A stretch of DNA of 30,635 nucleotides from Candidatus Dadabacteria bacterium (lineage in GTDB: Bacteria > Desulfobacterota_D > UBA1144 > Nemesobacterales > CSP1-2), in NCBI GenBank assembly GCA_040289575.1, contig PSLL01000002.1, positions 116,195 to 146,829 on the forward strand, written 5' to 3'. The position numbers and the translations under genes were made by a program. Below, in pieces: positions 28,579-30,635 of this stretch (positions within the stretch are counted from its first letter, which is position 1; each line of letters opens with the position of its first letter). The notes under the pieces are model-generated. The model did not search any database. It saw nothing but the letters and a program-made list of their open reading frames with translations, and had not been told where the DNA came from.

Positions 28579-29934
28579 ATGGCAACCTCACCCCTTAGAC
28601 CCCTTCCACAGAATGAAGATGCAGAGCAGTCAACGCTGGGGGCTATCCTTATAGACAGCAGTGTCATAAGCCAAGTTGTTGAGATTCTAACGGTTGATGA
28701 TTTCTATAAAGAGGCGCATAGGAAGATATTTAGCGCAATCGTTGAACTTGACAAAAACGGTAAACCTGTAGATATACTCACGGTCTTTAACTATATGAAG
28801 TCCAAGGGGCAACTCCTCGAAGAGGTGGGTGGAAGCAGCTATCTTACTTATCTCACCGGTGTCGTGCCCTCTACTGTGAATGTTGAGTATTATGCAAGGC
28901 TCGTTAAGGAAAAGGCTATATTAAGACGCCTTGTCATTGCCGCAACCGAGATTGCAAATCGCAGCTACGAAGGGGGCATGAGCGCTGATGAAGCCGTTGA
29001 CATGGCGGAGAAGGCGATTTTTGATATATCTCAGCACAAGATAAAGCCGAGTTTTTATGAGACCAGAGAGCTTGCCGCAAAGGCACTTGAAATCATAGAA
29101 ACCCTACATGAGAGAAAAGAGCTTATCACGGGGGTTCCGACAGGATTTGAAAAATTAGACCATATGACATCTGGGCTTCAGCCCTCGGATTTGATAATTG
29201 TTGCGGCAAGACCAGGGCTTGGAAAAACCTCGTTCTGCCTCAATATAGCCGCCCACGCGGCAATAGAGAATAGAAACCCCGTAGGGATATTTTCTCTCGA
29301 GATGACAAAAGACCAGCTTATGCTTAGAATGCTATCGAGTAGAGCAAAGGTAGACTACTCAAAGATAAGAAGCGGATATATAAAGGATGAGGAACTGGCA
29401 AAGCTTGTAAATGCGGCCGATATATTCCGCCGGGCAAAAATCTATATTGACGATACACCCGCAATCGGCATACTGGAGCTCCGCGCAAAGGCAAGGAGAC
29501 AGAAGAGGGAGAAAGGGTTAGACCTTATTATTGTTGACTACCTCCAGCTTATGCGCGGAAGCAGAAAGACGGAAACAAGAGAGCGCGAGATTGCAGAAAT
29601 CTCCGGGTCTCTTAAAGCCCTAGCAAAGGAATTAGATATTCCCGTGATAGCCGTCTCTCAACTCAGCCGTCAAACGGAAGCCCGCGCCAATAGGGTCCCT
29701 CAACTCTCTGACCTTCGTGAAAGCGGAGCCCTAGAACAGGATGCCGATGTTGTTATTTTCATACACAGAGCCGATGCATACGAAAAGGAGCCCGACAAAA
29801 AAAACGGGATTGCTGAGATAATAATAGGGAAACAGAGAAACGGTCCCACGGGGGTAGTAAAGCTCGCCTTCTTAGACAAGCTCGGAGTCCCGAGTTTTGA
29901 AAACCTCGCCGAAGGATACGAAGAAATATTCTAA
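28579..29934 (+). CDS. dnaB: Replicative DNA helicase (no intein)
   Basis: AEQSTLGA, GVPTGF, AARPGLGKT, FSLEM, VDYLQLM, SQLSR, SDLRESGALEQDAD, KQRNGPTG. Confidence 0.99.
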   Translation: MATSPLRPLPQNEDAEQSTLGAILIDSSVISQVVEILTVDDFYKEAHRKIFSAIVELDKNGKPVDILTVFNYMKSKGQLLEEVGGSSYLTYLTGVVPSTVNVEYYARLVKEKAILRRLVIAATEIANRSYEGGMSADEAVDMAEKAIFDISQHKIKPSFYETRELAAKALEIIETLHERKELITGVPTGFEKLDHMTSGLQPSDLIIVAARPGLGKTSFCLNIAAHAAIENRNPVGIFSLEMTKDQLMLRMLSSRAKVDYSKIRSGYIKDEELAKLVNAADIFRRAKIYIDDTPAIGILELRAKARRQKREKGLDLIIVDYLQLMRGSRKTETREREIAEISGSLKALAKELDIPVIAVSQLSRQTEARANRVPQLSDLRESGALEQDADVVIFIHRADAYEKEPDKKNGIAEIIIGKQRNGPTGVVKLAFLDKLGVPSFENLAEGYEEIF

Positions 29935-30635
29935 AGAAGGATCTCCAATCGCTGCCAGTAAAAGATATTGTAGCCCGTGATGTGAATCCTAAGCACCTCA
30001 TTGTCCGCACAACCAGCGGTTCCTCAGGCGAGCCGTTCACCATACGGCGAACATGGTTCGAGGAGCGTTACCTGGGGGCGCTTTGCAAGCGCGCCATGCA
30101 TTACTACGGACTGCGAATTAGGGATAGGCAAGCCGATATTCTCAATATCGGACCGCTGCACCCCAGTGATAATCAGCTCTTACGCCGAGCTTTTAATGCA
30201 CTGGGTCTCTATCCCAAGACTGGAATTCATGCCATGTTACCCCTGGGCGAAATCGTGCAAACCCTGCAAAATCTCCGTCCCCATGTGGTGGCGGGGTATG
30301 CGGGAGTGCTGGCGAAGGTTGCAGAACTCATCAGTGATATTGACAGCCGGATGATCCGACCCAGATTCGTCGCGGTTGGCGGGGAGGTGCTTACCCCACT
30401 TATGCGGCATCAAATCACCGAGGCTTTTGCATCACCCGTTTTTGATATATACGGCAGCCACGAATTCAACCTTATCGCGTGGGAATGCAAAGACACAGGT
30501 GAATTCCATACGTGTGATGACGGCATGATCGTCGAGGTCATCAATGACGGTCGTCCTGTGGCTACAGGCGAGCGGGGCGAAGTGGTAGGAACAAACCTCC
30601 ATTCTCTTGCGATGCCCTTAATTCGATACAGGCTC
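29934..30635 (+). pseudogene. Phenylacetate-CoA ligase (PaaK/CapK)-family fragment; lacks its N-terminus and runs off the window end
   Basis: Open frame absent from the ORF track: KKDLQ...RTTSGSSGEP...GGEVLT...VFDIYGSHEF..IAWEC...GEVVGTNLHSLAMPLIRYRL. In-frame TGA at 29898-29900 and no ATG/GTG/TTG between it and KKDL. Confidence 0.8.

Noticed and set aside
28579..29934. Intein in dnaB
   Set aside because: Length of 451 aa is normal and the helicase motifs are contiguous.
30001..30354. 117-aa ORF from the track
   Set aside because: Alternative frame over the PaaK-family reading frame, which carries the conserved motifs.
1..30635. CRISPR array, integrase, transposase, toxin-antitoxin or defence system
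   Set aside because: No regularly spaced direct repeats and no ORF with recognisable motifs for these.

Overview
A 30.6 kb, moderately AT-rich bacterial chromosomal segment. The gene content (MJ0042 zinc-ribbon/DUF3426 protein, GAF-type PtsP, FadIJ) looks deltaproteobacterial/Desulfobacterota-like; this is inference only. It is mostly housekeeping and metabolic: a frameshifted glcD-like oxidase, purC, guaB-guaA, an O-methyltransferase/epimerase cluster, family-4 uracil-DNA glycosylase overlapping tRNA-Arg(CCG), an azurin/auracyanin + DUF1059 + cupin trio, ptsP, a CMD + alpha/beta-hydrolase pair, DUF4337, fadI-fadJ, TerB-like, an isolated nuoE, glycerate kinase, a metallophosphoesterase and dnaB. 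The window ends in a 5'-truncated PaaK-family ligase fragment of different codon usage that abuts the dnaB stop. I found no CRISPR array, integrase, transposase, intein, recognisable riboswitch or defence system, and no clearly demonstrable novel system. The best leads are: the dnaB/PaaK junction; the small deletion that frameshifts glcD; a 7-Cys microprotein; the udg stop codon lying inside the tRNA; a three-fold F-x-W motif in the zinc-ribbon protein; an unannotated 42-aa ORF beside a 20-bp operator-like palindrome; and upstream ORFs in the purC leader. All family calls come from motif recognition by eye, not from database searches.
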